Of a stretch of DNA of 29,435 nt, positions 8,736-18,698 are shown in pieces (position 1 is the first letter of the stretch; each line of letters starts with the position of its first letter). The notes beneath the pieces are model-generated. The model searched no databases and was not told the DNA's origin. It saw nothing but the letters and a program-made list of their open reading frames with translations. The translations under genes and the position numbers were made by a program. Source of the stretch: a virus (lineage: Duplodnaviria > Caudoviricetes); the IMG/VR virus record IMGVR_UViG_3300037722_000646, positions 1 to 29,435 of that record. One strand, written 5' to 3'.

Positions 8736-11700
8736 ATGGACCTGGCCAAACTCACTATCGAGATCGACTCGGCTCCGGCCAAAACCGGAGCCGACCAGGC
8801 TGTGCAATCGGCCGAGCGGATCAAGACGTCGTTCGGCTCGCTTTCCCCCGTCCAAGCCAAGCTCGTGGCCGAGTTCCGGCGTCTCCAGGAGGTGCTGCGT
8901 CAGGGGGGCATCACCTTCGAGAACTACAGTCGCCTGAGCAACCAATTCACCAACGCCATGAGCAAGGGCGGGCGGGCGGCCGAACAAGCGGTCCAGTCCA
9001 TCCAGTCGGTCACCGGCTTCACGGCCAGTAGCGGCGTGGCGGCGGCCACTGCCTCAGTGAAGTGGGACAAGCTTCGCCTCCCGCTCCAACAGGCTGCCAT
9101 CAGTTTCTCCGCGATTCCCGGCCCCGTGGGCCGCGTGGTGGGCACCCTGGGCTTGCTGTCCGGCGGTGCGCTCCTGTCGGTCGGGGTCGTGGCGGGCATG
9201 GCAGCGATTACGTTGGCCATCGGGAAGCTGACCGAGCGCTCGCGCGAGGCCAAGAAGGCCACCGACGAATTAATCAAGTCCCTTCGGGCCGCCCGGGCCG
9301 AGGAATCCGGTGCGCTCTTCGCCACCCAGAAAGGGCTCTTGGCCTCGCGTCGGGCGGCGTTGGAACGGGAGATCCTGGGCAATCGCATCACGACGGCCCA
9401 ACAGGGCACCGTCACCGTCCTGCCGAGTGCCGCTCGAATCGCTGCCATCCGCAAGGAGATCACCGAACTGTACGCGGACGAGGCCCGTCTGCTGCGGAAC
9501 CGCCAAGAAGAGCACAACAAAGTGGTGCTCGCTCAACTGGCCGACGAGAAGCGACTGGCGGAGGGAACCGAGCGATTTGCCCGCGATGCCGCCGCCGAGA
9601 AGGCCCGGCTCCATGCGGCGGAATTGTCCGCCCTCAAGCTGATCGCCGACGCCACTGGCGACCCGATCCTCAAAGCCTATACCGCCCAGCTCACCCTGTT
9701 GGACCAGTTGACCGCTGTTGCCAGCAAGCTGCCGCCGATCTTCGCGGAGAAGTTGGTGGGCGCCATTGCGGCGGCGACAGCCGAAGTGGGCCACTTGGCT
9801 GAGGTCTTGGAAACGCGGGTGGCCCGGGCCCTCGCGGTGATCGGGATCACGCCTCGGGTGGCGGTCACCGGGGCGCTCCAGCCAGCGACCCCTTTGCCGA
9901 GTCAGCGGGACCCCTTTGCCGGGGAGGTGGTCACCCGGCGCGAAGAGATCGAACTCTCGGCACAGGCCCGCCAAGCGTCCATCGATTACGCGGTCTCGCT
10001 GGGGCTGGTCAGCTATCGCACCGGGCGCGCCCTGTCGGCCCTGAGCCGGATGGCAGAGGTGATCCAAGAGTTCGGGCGCAGCAGCAAGGAAGCCGCGGTC
10101 ACGATCGCGCTGGCGGTGGCGGCGTTGGCCAACCTGGTCATCACCGGCAAGAGCACGGGCGCCCGCATTGCCCGGGGGGCCATCGGTGGAGCGGGGGCTG
10201 GGTTCGTGCTTGGCGGGCCAGTCGGTGCAGCGATTGGTGGGGTCGCCGGTGGCCTCGGTGGGCTGCTCGGCGGGGATGGTGGCCAGAAGTCACGAGACAT
10301 CGAGGCGCTGACGGAAGCGATCAAGCGCTTCGCAGAGCAGGCGCGACACCTGACCCCACTTCAAGAATCGCTGGATCGGCTGGAGAAGGAATACAAGGAG
10401 CTGCTGGTCACGGCGAAGGCCCTCGGGGAACCCACCCGGAAGATTGCGCAGGCGTACGCACGTCAGGTCCAGGAAGCGAAGGACCTGTTCGCGCAGCAGG
10501 AGTTTGCGTTCCAGAAAGGGCTGGAGGTGCGACGGCTCGAACTGGAAGGTACGGAGGCAGAGGCAGCCACCGCCGCGTTGGCGCTCCGTCAAGCCGAACA
10601 GATTGCCGAGGCAGCGAAGCAGGGATATGGGGCAGCAACGACAGCCGTGTTGCAGCATGTCCATGCCTTAGAGAAGGAGAAGCTGGCACTCGACCAAGCG
10701 GTGGCCGCGATCCAGCAGAAGTCGGAGGCAGAACAGTTTCTTGGTGACCTCGAGGCCAGAGAACTGGCCTTGGTCGGTGATAAGGCCGGGGCGGCTCGTA
10801 AGCGACTAGAGAACCAGGCTCTTGCCGCGCAGCGTGAAGCAGAGGCGTTGTTCGCAGCGGGCACGATCACGGAGGACATCTTTGACCGACTGACCGGGGT
10901 CATCAATGGAGAACTGAACGTCGCGCTCGAAGAGCTTGGGACCACCGTCGACGAGACTGGGAAACAGATCAACGCCTTCGTCGCTCGGGCACGCGAGGAT
11001 CTTGAGGTTCGCAGACTGGTTGCCTTGGGGTTAACTGAGGAAGCGGCGGCACGACAGGTGGTGTTGGATCAGCAGCGGGAGATCAACACCCTGATTGAGC
11101 AGGGGGCGGATGAGGCCACGCTTGCTCTCGCGAAGTACGTGCAGTCGTTGGAGGCGACAGCCGCGTGGATTGACCGCGTCACAGCGGCGGAGGAGAAGCG
11201 GCTACGTGTTCTGGAGTTGACGGCCCGCAAAGAAGAGGACTTGGCGGTACGCGAGTTACGGGCATTGGGCAGGACAGCGGGCGCCGACGAATTGGCGCAA
11301 ATCCAGCGGAATGCAGCAGAGCTCCGAGATGCACTTGAGCAGGGGTTGGGTCAGGCGGTGATCGACAACATCATCCGGGTGCAGGGCATCGAGCGCGGGG
11401 CAGCGGATGCGGCGCGGCGGGCCGCGCAGGAAGAGGCGTTCCTGAAGGGCAGTACGTCCCTCGGGGGCGGCCTGGAGGCGGAAAGCCGAACCAGCTTCAA
11501 TGCCGCCGTCGGGATCACCGAGAGTCAGGCCAACCGGCTGGCGGGCCTGATGCAGACGCAGGTGGTCTACCAGGCCAACCTACCCGACATGCGTGCGGCT
11601 CTCCGGGAATTGGTGCAGTTGGCGCGAATCGGGCGGGGCCTCGTGGGGTCCAATCTGGACATTGAGGCGATCGACGCCGCGCTCGAGGGCCGGAGTAGCA

Positions 11701-11741
11701 GCGCCGACCGGGCGGCGGGGCTGCCGCCGGGGAATGTGTAA
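8736..11741 (+). CDS. Tape measure protein
   Basis: 1001 aa, Ala-rich and helical; MDLAKLTIEIDS N-terminus; Gly-rich hydrophobic segments; SD AGGAG. Confidence 0.85.
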   Translation: MDLAKLTIEIDSAPAKTGADQAVQSAERIKTSFGSLSPVQAKLVAEFRRLQEVLRQGGITFENYSRLSNQFTNAMSKGGRAAEQAVQSIQSVTGFTASSGVAAATASVKWDKLRLPLQQAAISFSAIPGPVGRVVGTLGLLSGGALLSVGVVAGMAAITLAIGKLTERSREAKKATDELIKSLRAARAEESGALFATQKGLLASRRAALEREILGNRITTAQQGTVTVLPSAARIAAIRKEITELYADEARLLRNRQEEHNKVVLAQLADEKRLAEGTERFARDAAAEKARLHAAELSALKLIADATGDPILKAYTAQLTLLDQLTAVASKLPPIFAEKLVGAIAAATAEVGHLAEVLETRVARALAVIGITPRVAVTGALQPATPLPSQRDPFAGEVVTRREEIELSAQARQASIDYAVSLGLVSYRTGRALSALSRMAEVIQEFGRSSKEAAVTIALAVAALANLVITGKSTGARIARGAIGGAGAGFVLGGPVGAAIGGVAGGLGGLLGGDGGQKSRDIEALTEAIKRFAEQARHLTPLQESLDRLEKEYKELLVTAKALGEPTRKIAQAYARQVQEAKDLFAQQEFAFQKGLEVRRLELEGTEAEAATAALALRQAEQIAEAAKQGYGAATTAVLQHVHALEKEKLALDQAVAAIQQKSEAEQFLGDLEARELALVGDKAGAARKRLENQALAAQREAEALFAAGTITEDIFDRLTGVINGELNVALEELGTTVDETGKQINAFVARAREDLEVRRLVALGLTEEAAARQVVLDQQREINTLIEQGADEATLALAKYVQSLEATAAWIDRVTAAEEKRLRVLELTARKEEDLAVRELRALGRTAGADELAQIQRNAAELRDALEQGLGQAVIDNIIRVQGIERGAADAARRAAQEEAFLKGSTSLGGGLEAESRTSFNAAVGITESQANRLAGLMQTQVVYQANLPDMRAALRELVQLARIGRGLVGSNLDIEAIDAALEGRSSSADRAAGLPPGNV

Positions 11742-12532
11742 TGGCAACGCTCTATGTGGCGGGGGTCGACCTGGAGGCGACGCTCGGCTTCCAGTTCACC
11801 GACGAGGGGGAGGTTTTGAGCGGGGCGGTGGCGATCCCGACCGAGATCGAGATCCCAACGATGCGCGGGGCGCTGTTCGTCGCCCCCCATCGGGTGCCCG
11901 TCCGGGAGTTCACCCTCCGAGGCTACCTCAACGGCGCCACGCAGGCGGCGGTACGGACCAACCTGAAGAAGCTCGTCGCGCTCGTCGGTGAGGATCAGGT
12001 CACGGTCCGCGTGGCCGACTGGTCCGATGTCCAGATCACCGCCAAGTGCGTGCGGTTCCCAGCGGCCAATTACCCGCCCGCCCAGTTGGCCCCCCCCGTG
12101 CGGGTCGAGATGACGTTCCGGGCTCCGAATCCCTACTGGCAGGACACGACCCCCCAAGCCATCGCGTTCACCACGTCCGCCGTGGCGATGCCCCAGGGCA
12201 CCGCACCCAGCGAACCGGTCCTGACGACGGCCGTGGGGGCCGCCACGACGCCGATGATTACCGCGAAGGACTACGTCGGGGGCACCCTGTGGACCGCCAC
12301 CCTTGCCTCGCTCAGTGCCTCAGAACGCTACCGGATCACCACGGCTCCCGGGGCGATGACGATCGAGCGGTGGGACGGCGCGGTCTGGGTGGCGGACGAG
12401 GACGCGCTCACCGCCGGGATTTTCCCACGGCCGCTGCCGAGTAACGGGACCGGCTACCAGACGAGCGCCTGGCCGACGCTCCAAGCAACCACCGGGTCGT
12501 GGACCGCCACCTACAATCGCCAGTGGAGGTAG
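11741..12532 (+). CDS. Distal tail (Dit-like) protein
   Basis: TAATG coupling to the TMP; REFTLRGYL...VEMTFRAPNPYW. Confidence 0.7.
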   Translation: MATLYVAGVDLEATLGFQFTDEGEVLSGAVAIPTEIEIPTMRGALFVAPHRVPVREFTLRGYLNGATQAAVRTNLKKLVALVGEDQVTVRVADWSDVQITAKCVRFPAANYPPAQLAPPVRVEMTFRAPNPYWQDTTPQAIAFTTSAVAMPQGTAPSEPVLTTAVGAATTPMITAKDYVGGTLWTATLASLSASERYRITTAPGAMTIERWDGAVWVADEDALTAGIFPRPLPSNGTGYQTSAWPTLQATTGSWTATYNRQWR

Positions 12533-12574
12533 GGGCGGGACTCGGCATCACTCGTTTCACAAAGGATCTAACAG

Positions 12575-13522
12575 ATGGCTGATATCGCGATTCCCTCTCT
12601 CCCGGCTGGCAGCACGCTGACCGCTGACGATCTACTGGTTGTCGAAAACTCCCCTGGGAGCGGACCAGTCACGCAGAAATACACGCTGGCACAGCTCCAG
12701 GCGTTCGTTTTGGACCTAATAGTTAGTGCGGGGGCCAATGGCCGAATCGGTCTTAGTGATACGACCCAGGCGTGGGGTCTTGACGTACGAGGTACATTAG
12801 CAGATCAGTTCATCATCAGAGATGTCTCGGCCTCTATTGATATCCTGACGCTTCTTAAAGGCGCGGCCACTACCCCAGTCAACCGTGCACGAGTTGGGAT
12901 TGGGGTGGCAAACCCTGATCCAGGGGTAACCCTGTATCTGGCCGATGCTGACGACTGTCAGCTAAAAGTCAATAGCACTACGCCAGGTTATAGCAATACC
13001 ATCCTCTCCACTGGTTTTCAAATCAACCGCCCGGATGGTGGAAACTGCACTTTAGATGTTACCAACGCGAACGGAGACTTCCTATTTCGCTTTAACAACC
13101 CCGCTGTAGAAAAGGCACGTGTTTCCAAAGAGGGTAACCTGACACTTGCGGGCATTGCGACGATAGACACGCAGGCGATCCTTAGGAAAGTAGCAGGTGC
13201 GGCAGCCGCCCTAGTATTCGATTGGATGCAGAATGCCGCGAGCGGTAAGTATAACTGGCGCATCGGCGCGCAGATCAATGTTGACAATGGGTTCGAGATT
13301 ACCCCATCGACAGCGGTTGATGGATCAACATTCGCTACCCCGGTTTTTCAGGTTACCCAAGCTGGTGCGGCTAATGTTGCGGCGAGTCTTGCGGTAGCGG
13401 GAACAAAAGTCGTTGGTGCGCAGGGCGCTGCTGTTGCCGACGCGACCGATGCCGCCAGCGCGATTACCCAGCTCAACTTGCTCTTGGCCCGCTGTCGGGC
13501 ACACGGGCTGATCGCAACCTAA
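12575..13522 (+). CDS. Fibre/receptor-binding-like protein, lower GC than its neighbours
   Basis: IPSLPAGSTLTADDLLVV..TQKYTLAQL N-terminus; RVGIGVANP beta segments; C-terminal AVADAT...LNLLLARCRAHGLIA. Confidence 0.65.
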   Translation: MADIAIPSLPAGSTLTADDLLVVENSPGSGPVTQKYTLAQLQAFVLDLIVSAGANGRIGLSDTTQAWGLDVRGTLADQFIIRDVSASIDILTLLKGAATTPVNRARVGIGVANPDPGVTLYLADADDCQLKVNSTTPGYSNTILSTGFQINRPDGGNCTLDVTNANGDFLFRFNNPAVEKARVSKEGNLTLAGIATIDTQAILRKVAGAAAALVFDWMQNAASGKYNWRIGAQINVDNGFEITPSTAVDGSTFATPVFQVTQAGAANVAASLAVAGTKVVGAQGAAVADATDAASAITQLNLLLARCRAHGLIAT

Positions 13523-13564
13523 TGGCACGCATGAGCCCGCTGGCACCTCCGGCCGGCTAACCTC

Positions 13565-16500
13565 ATGGGGTACCTCCTTACCTCCACGAGTGACATCCTC
13601 ACGACCTCTGGTGGGGATCGCATCCTCGTCAGTGCTATCAGCGCGAGCGCTGTCGTGGGATTCCAGTACACCGAGCTCTGGACGCGATTGCAGGCGGACG
13701 GCGGGGTGCGCCTCGGCTTCCTCGGCGTGCCGGTGTCCATCCGGCGGGTGCGACGGCTGGGTGGCGAGCACCGGCTGACCATGAGCATCGCCCGGGACCA
13801 CCGGCTGGCCGCGCAGCTTGTCCGCCGGTCGGTGATCCGCGAGGTAATCAGTGCGGACGGCACCAACTGGCGCGAGTGGATTGTCGAGGTGGTCCGCAAG
13901 GGAACGCTCGACGAGGTCCTGATCGCGCTGGAGTGCGTCAGCCCGCTCCAGGCGCTCCTCAATTATCCGGTGAGCACCAGCGACGGGGACGGGTTCGTCT
14001 ACTCGGAAACCGGCGCGGTGCAGCTCACTCCCGCCGCGATTGCGGCGACGTTCCTCCGGTCCAATACGCCCGCCTGGGTGGCGGCGGGCACCGTGACGCC
14101 GACCGAGCTGGTCGACGTGGGGTTCAGCGGGGACAACGCCCTGAGCGGGTGGCGGAAGCTCGAAGAGGTCACGGGCTATGAGAAGGATCTCCGTCGCAAC
14201 GGGACCACGCAATACTTGATGGACCTGATCCGGGTGGGGGCTAGTGCCCCGGCCCTGTACCTCCGACCGGGGAAGAATCTCCGCGCTCTGCTGCGCGAAG
14301 AATCAGCCGACATGGTGACACGGGTCAACACGATCCTCGGGGCGGCGAGCGATAACGGCCCCTCGGGCATCGGGTCGGCCTATTGGGAGGTGGTGAGCCG
14401 GTCGGTGAACGACGTGGTGCTGGGGGCGATCCACGGCGGGGCTGGCCCCATCGGGTTCGACGATCAGCTGGTCGGCACCTATTGGGAGCGGCCCGATCTG
14501 ACGCGGACCCTGGTGACGGCCAGCGTGGCCGCGACGCAGACGATCACCGTCGCCGACGGGACGGGCATCACGGCGCTCGACTGGGGCCGCTTCACGGCGG
14601 ACAGCGCCGGGACGCAGTTGACCTTCCTGGAGCACCCGACGGCGGCGGCGGCGTTCGGGGTGGTGGCGGGACGGTACGAGACCGAGTGGGATGATACGGT
14701 CATCGTCAACCGGAACGCCACCATGAAGGATTGGACGACGCCCACCGCACGGCCCGATGGGTACGGGGGGTCGGGCGGCACGCTGCTGCAGATGACCACC
14801 CAGGGTACCGAGACCCTGACGGCGGGACAGGCGCTCCGGATCGTCTTGTCGGGTGTGGCGGACGGCACGGTGATCCTCAGCACCCCCTCGCGAACGTGGC
14901 CCGTCAAGGACCGGACCTCGGTGTGGTTCGCGGCGAGCTGGGTCCGGCTGCTGGCGTTGACCTCGGGCGCGTTCGGCCTCCGGCTTAAGGTCGGTGGGGC
15001 CGTCGTGGGCGCACCGATCAGCTACCGGACCCCGCTCAACGTCTGGCGGCAGTTGCAGCTCTCGGGGCTCGACCTCTCGGCCCATGTGGGCACCAGCCCG
15101 ACCGTGGTGGTCGAGCTGATCACGGTCGGGACCACGAGCGGCACGATCATCGCCGATAGCCTGTGGTGTGGCCCCGCGCAGGGCGTGCGGGCGGTGCTGG
15201 AGGGTAACGGTGGCTCGCGGATCTGGCAGGGGATCAACGCCTTCCTCGCCGAGCGGGCGATGAGCCAGCCGGCCAGTCATCGCGTGGGCCTCCTCGACCT
15301 GGCCGCGCTCGGCGTGGCTGGGCAGCCCGACGTGGTGCTGGGGCAGACCGTCAACGTCCGGGCCGAGTCCGCTCTGGTGCCCGACTTCACCACCAGAATC
15401 GTGGAGTTGGACGAGAACCCGCTGGCCCCGGCCGAGACGCAGGTGGTCATCGCCGAGGAGACGCGGCGGCTCACCAAGACCGGGCCGGTGGCGCTCTCGG
15501 TGCCGTACCTCGACCCCATCCACCTGACGACCACCAGCCGCGATAATGCCCAGGCGGCGATGAAGATCCTCGCGGAGATCACGGCCAGCGACGCCACGAC
15601 GGTGACGGTCCTGCTGGAGGTGCTCGATACGCTGGGCGGGAGTCCCACGATCAGCTATGAGGCGTTCGGCACGACCTACGTCTCCGGGTCCGGGGTGGGG
15701 CCGTATGTGTTCAACCGCCCGGCCTCGGGCGCGGGGCAGGGGCGCGTGCTGTTCACGGCGGCGCTGGCGGGTCGTGAATCGGTGTGGGATGCGGTGGATG
15801 TGATTGAGATGGCGTCGCCCGCTGGGGCGAACACCGAGTATGCCGAGTGCGTCCCCCAGATCACGGGGGTCACCGCCACGACGATCACAGTCACCGTGAC
15901 GGCCCTCACCACGGGCGGCACGCCAGAAGTGCGCCTGAAGGCCATCACCGGATCGGCCACCCTGAGCAGCGGTCCCGCGATTGACGTGGACTCTGCGAGC
16001 GGCACGGTCTGGGTCTTCAACCGGGGCGCGTTCGAGGCGGGGATGGGGCAGGTGAAGTTCGAGGCGTTCCAGACCGGGTACGAGTCGGACTTCGATTTCG
16101 TGGATATCGCCGAACAGGGACGGGACACGGTAGGGCTGCTCGTCCGAGCGCGGCAGACGGCCCAGACCGGCACTCAGCAGACGATCCGGGTGGCGGTGGC
16201 CGATCCCTATCCCCAGGGGGCGGACAGCGCCTCGATCGCCTATGTGGCCTCGGGCGTCGGGACGATCACCCCCGCGTCGCCGCAGACCGTGACGCCAGCC
16301 GCGACACTGACCGAGGCCGCCAGCACGTACAAGGACTTCGTCGTGGATCGTCCGGCCTATCTGCAGCCGACGGGTCGAGTGACGTTCACCGTGACGGCAG
16401 CGAACCGCGTGGGCGATACCGATGCCGTCGAGGTGCTGGCCCAGGTGCGCGACACGATCACCGCTAAGGCCACCGTGGTGTCCTCGGGGCCGACGAGTTA

Positions 16501-18559
16501 CGTGATCCGGGTGTCTGGGGCGAGTCTGGCGACGGCCGTGGCTACGGTGGACTGGGTGAGCAACCTGACGCCGACCCCGGCCAGCGGTGGCACCCTGAAC
16601 CTCATGACGGACATCACGGCCACCCCGGCCGCTGGGGAGTTCATCGATTACACCATCACCCGACCGGCATGGGGGACGGGGACAGGCCGGGTGCAGTTCC
16701 TGCTGACCGCCACGGGGTATGTGAGCGCGACGGTGGCGGTTGAGGTGCCCGCGGTGGAGCAGGATACCAAATACAGCGAATGCCAGGTCTCCATCTCTGG
16801 GGTCACCACCACCAGTATCACGGTGACGGTGATCGGCTTGGCGACGAGTGGCACGCCACAGGTGAAGCTGGTGGCAGTGACCGGGTCGGCGGTGCAGACG
16901 GCTGGCGCGGCCATCGGGACACTCGTGGCCAGTGGGTCGACTTGGACGTTTGATCGGGGGGCGTTCGAGTCGGGGATGGGGCAGACGCAGTTCCGCGCTG
17001 TGACCGCTGGGCATGTGGATGACGACGACTTTGCCTATATCGCGGAAATAGGTCGGGACACGGTCGGCCTGTTGACGCGGGTCCGGGTCACGGGATCCGA
17101 CAAGACCACGGTCATCGTCCGGGTGTCGGTCGCGGACCCCTATCCGCAGGGCGCTGGGAGTGCCACGATCACCTATCAGAAGTTCGATGCGACGTTGCCC
17201 GTGACCCCGGCCTCCGGCGGAACGGTGACCCCCGAGGCCACACTCACCGAGGCGGCGGGCACGTACATCGACTATACCATCACCCGGCCCGTGTATGGCC
17301 TCGGCGACGGGCAGGTGGTGTTCACGGTGACGGCCGCGAACCGCGTGGGCGACAGCGATGCGGTGGATGTGCCGGTGCAGGTACTCCCCTACACGGGGTG
17401 CGTCGTGACGGTCGTGTCGAGCACGGCGACCACGATGACGGTGAGTGTGGTTGGTTCCGCGCCGACGGGCTTCTCGACGCCGACGGTGCAGCTAGTCGGG
17501 TACACGGGGTCGGCCACGGCAAACAGCGGACTGGGGGTCGGGGTGCCAGGTGCGAGCCCACAGACCTACGTGATCAACCGGGGGGCAGCCGGAGGTGGCG
17601 CGGGGGCAGGCCGCTGGAAAGCGGTGCTGTCGGGTGCCGTGGACGACGAGGACATCCTGACGGTGCCGGAGCAGGCGAGTGCCGACACCGAGTATGCCCA
17701 ATGCACGGCGGCGGTGACATCGAGCACGGCGACGACGATCACGGTGAGTGTGTCGGCGGCAGCCACATCCCTGGGAACCCCGACCGTGGAGTTGGTCGGG
17801 TATACGGGATCGGCCACGGCAAATAGCGGGCTCGGAGTCGGGGTGCCCGGTGCGAGCCCACAAACCTATGTGATTAACCGGGGCGCGGCTGGGGGCGGCG
17901 CGGGCGCGGGCCAGTACCGGGCCGTCCTCAGTGGAGTGCAGCCAGACGACGACGTGGTGCTAGTGCCTGCCCAGTCCACCACCGATACGGGGCCGGGCGA
18001 TGGGCCGATCTTCTCCATCCAGGGGAAAGCCGATACCACCAACCCGACAACCCAGTGGGTGCTGACGTGGACGGCGACCGGCACGGTGACGGTCTCGAAG
18101 AATGGCGCAGCGTTCGGGACGCCAGCGGCCGCGGGGCTCACGTCCGGGGTGGCGTTCAACCGCCCGGCCTATGCCTCGCCCGATGATGTCTACGTATTCA
18201 AGATCGACCGGGGCGGCCAGACGATCACGGACACGCAGTTGGTGCCGTCGGTGGTGGTGCTGCCGCTGGTGCTCACCCTGAATAAAGCGGTGGGCGACGA
18301 CCCGACGGCAGGGGATGTGTCCTTCTCCTGGTCAAGTTCCGGTTTCCCGACCGGGACCACATACGACATTACCTGGACGCTGATGGACTCGGCGAGTGTG
18401 ATCTACTCATCCGACTCGGCGCTGAACGTCACGTCGCCCTATGTGGCTGTGACCTCGGGGTTTGTGACCGGCGACCAGTTCGATTTCATGGTGATAGCGA
18501 GCGACGCGAACGGGAAAACGCTGAAGACGGCAGCGCGGTCCGGCGTGGCACTGGGCTAG
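13565..18559 (+). CDS. Large tail-tip/central fibre protein with about 10 tandem beta-sandwich-like modules
   Basis: Tal-like N-half (LYLRPGKNL...VTRV...LGQTVNV..TRIVEL), a CBM-like insert, and ~100-aa T/V/G-rich repeats from about 15560. Confidence 0.75.
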   Translation: MGYLLTSTSDILTTSGGDRILVSAISASAVVGFQYTELWTRLQADGGVRLGFLGVPVSIRRVRRLGGEHRLTMSIARDHRLAAQLVRRSVIREVISADGTNWREWIVEVVRKGTLDEVLIALECVSPLQALLNYPVSTSDGDGFVYSETGAVQLTPAAIAATFLRSNTPAWVAAGTVTPTELVDVGFSGDNALSGWRKLEEVTGYEKDLRRNGTTQYLMDLIRVGASAPALYLRPGKNLRALLREESADMVTRVNTILGAASDNGPSGIGSAYWEVVSRSVNDVVLGAIHGGAGPIGFDDQLVGTYWERPDLTRTLVTASVAATQTITVADGTGITALDWGRFTADSAGTQLTFLEHPTAAAAFGVVAGRYETEWDDTVIVNRNATMKDWTTPTARPDGYGGSGGTLLQMTTQGTETLTAGQALRIVLSGVADGTVILSTPSRTWPVKDRTSVWFAASWVRLLALTSGAFGLRLKVGGAVVGAPISYRTPLNVWRQLQLSGLDLSAHVGTSPTVVVELITVGTTSGTIIADSLWCGPAQGVRAVLEGNGGSRIWQGINAFLAERAMSQPASHRVGLLDLAALGVAGQPDVVLGQTVNVRAESALVPDFTTRIVELDENPLAPAETQVVIAEETRRLTKTGPVALSVPYLDPIHLTTTSRDNAQAAMKILAEITASDATTVTVLLEVLDTLGGSPTISYEAFGTTYVSGSGVGPYVFNRPASGAGQGRVLFTAALAGRESVWDAVDVIEMASPAGANTEYAECVPQITGVTATTITVTVTALTTGGTPEVRLKAITGSATLSSGPAIDVDSASGTVWVFNRGAFEAGMGQVKFEAFQTGYESDFDFVDIAEQGRDTVGLLVRARQTAQTGTQQTIRVAVADPYPQGADSASIAYVASGVGTITPASPQTVTPAATLTEAASTYKDFVVDRPAYLQPTGRVTFTVTAANRVGDTDAVEVLAQVRDTITAKATVVSSGPTSYVIRVSGASLATAVATVDWVSNLTPTPASGGTLNLMTDITATPAAGEFIDYTITRPAWGTGTGRVQFLLTATGYVSATVAVEVPAVEQDTKYSECQVSISGVTTTSITVTVIGLATSGTPQVKLVAVTGSAVQTAGAAIGTLVASGSTWTFDRGAFESGMGQTQFRAVTAGHVDDDDFAYIAEIGRDTVGLLTRVRVTGSDKTTVIVRVSVADPYPQGAGSATITYQKFDATLPVTPASGGTVTPEATLTEAAGTYIDYTITRPVYGLGDGQVVFTVTAANRVGDSDAVDVPVQVLPYTGCVVTVVSSTATTMTVSVVGSAPTGFSTPTVQLVGYTGSATANSGLGVGVPGASPQTYVINRGAAGGGAGAGRWKAVLSGAVDDEDILTVPEQASADTEYAQCTAAVTSSTATTITVSVSAAATSLGTPTVELVGYTGSATANSGLGVGVPGASPQTYVINRGAAGGGAGAGQYRAVLSGVQPDDDVVLVPAQSTTDTGPGDGPIFSIQGKADTTNPTTQWVLTWTATGTVTVSKNGAAFGTPAAAGLTSGVAFNRPAYASPDDVYVFKIDRGGQTITDTQLVPSVVVLPLVLTLNKAVGDDPTAGDVSFSWSSSGFPTGTTYDITWTLMDSASVIYSSDSALNVTSPYVAVTSGFVTGDQFDFMVIASDANGKTLKTAARSGVALG
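17492..17911 (+). repeat. Intragenic duplication (17492-17611 and 17792-17911)
   Basis: 40 identical amino acids (LVGYTGSATANSG...GGGAGAG) 300 bp apart. Confidence 0.9.
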
Positions 18560-18586
18560 GCGGTAGGTCGCCCACCAGGCGCGGAT

Positions 18587-18615
18587 TCGACGGGGCGCAC
18601 CCGACGCGCTAGATT
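18587..18615 (+). promoter_or_regulatory. Sigma70-like promoter for the lysis/accessory block
   Basis: TCGACG-N17-TAGATT in the gap after the tail-tip gene. Confidence 0.45.
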
Positions 18616-18631
18616 ACTGGTTGGTATAGGA

Positions 18632-18698
18632 GCACCGTAGGACCACACTGAGGCCCCCGAGGCCCGCCCGCACTTGGGCACTACTGGGGGGCCTCGTC
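18632..18698 (+). promoter_or_regulatory. Structured leader, copy 3
   Basis: GCACCGTAGG...TGAGGCCCCCGAGGCCC. GAGGCCCCC(18650-58) pairs with GGGGGCCTC(18687-95) around an inner GCCC/GGGC stem. Confidence 0.55.

Noticed and set aside
6731-12532. Contractile injection system or myophage tail
   Set aside because: No sheath or baseplate wedge genes; the order tube-chaperone-TMP-Dit indicates a non-contractile tail.
14303-17014. 903-aa minus-strand ORF and other long antisense ORFs
   Set aside because: These are shadows of high-GC3 plus-strand genes: R/H/G/P-rich with no motifs.
17492-17911. Possible DGR template/variable repeat pair
   Set aside because: Both copies are in-frame coding, differences are synonymous and not adenine-specific, and no reverse transcriptase is present.
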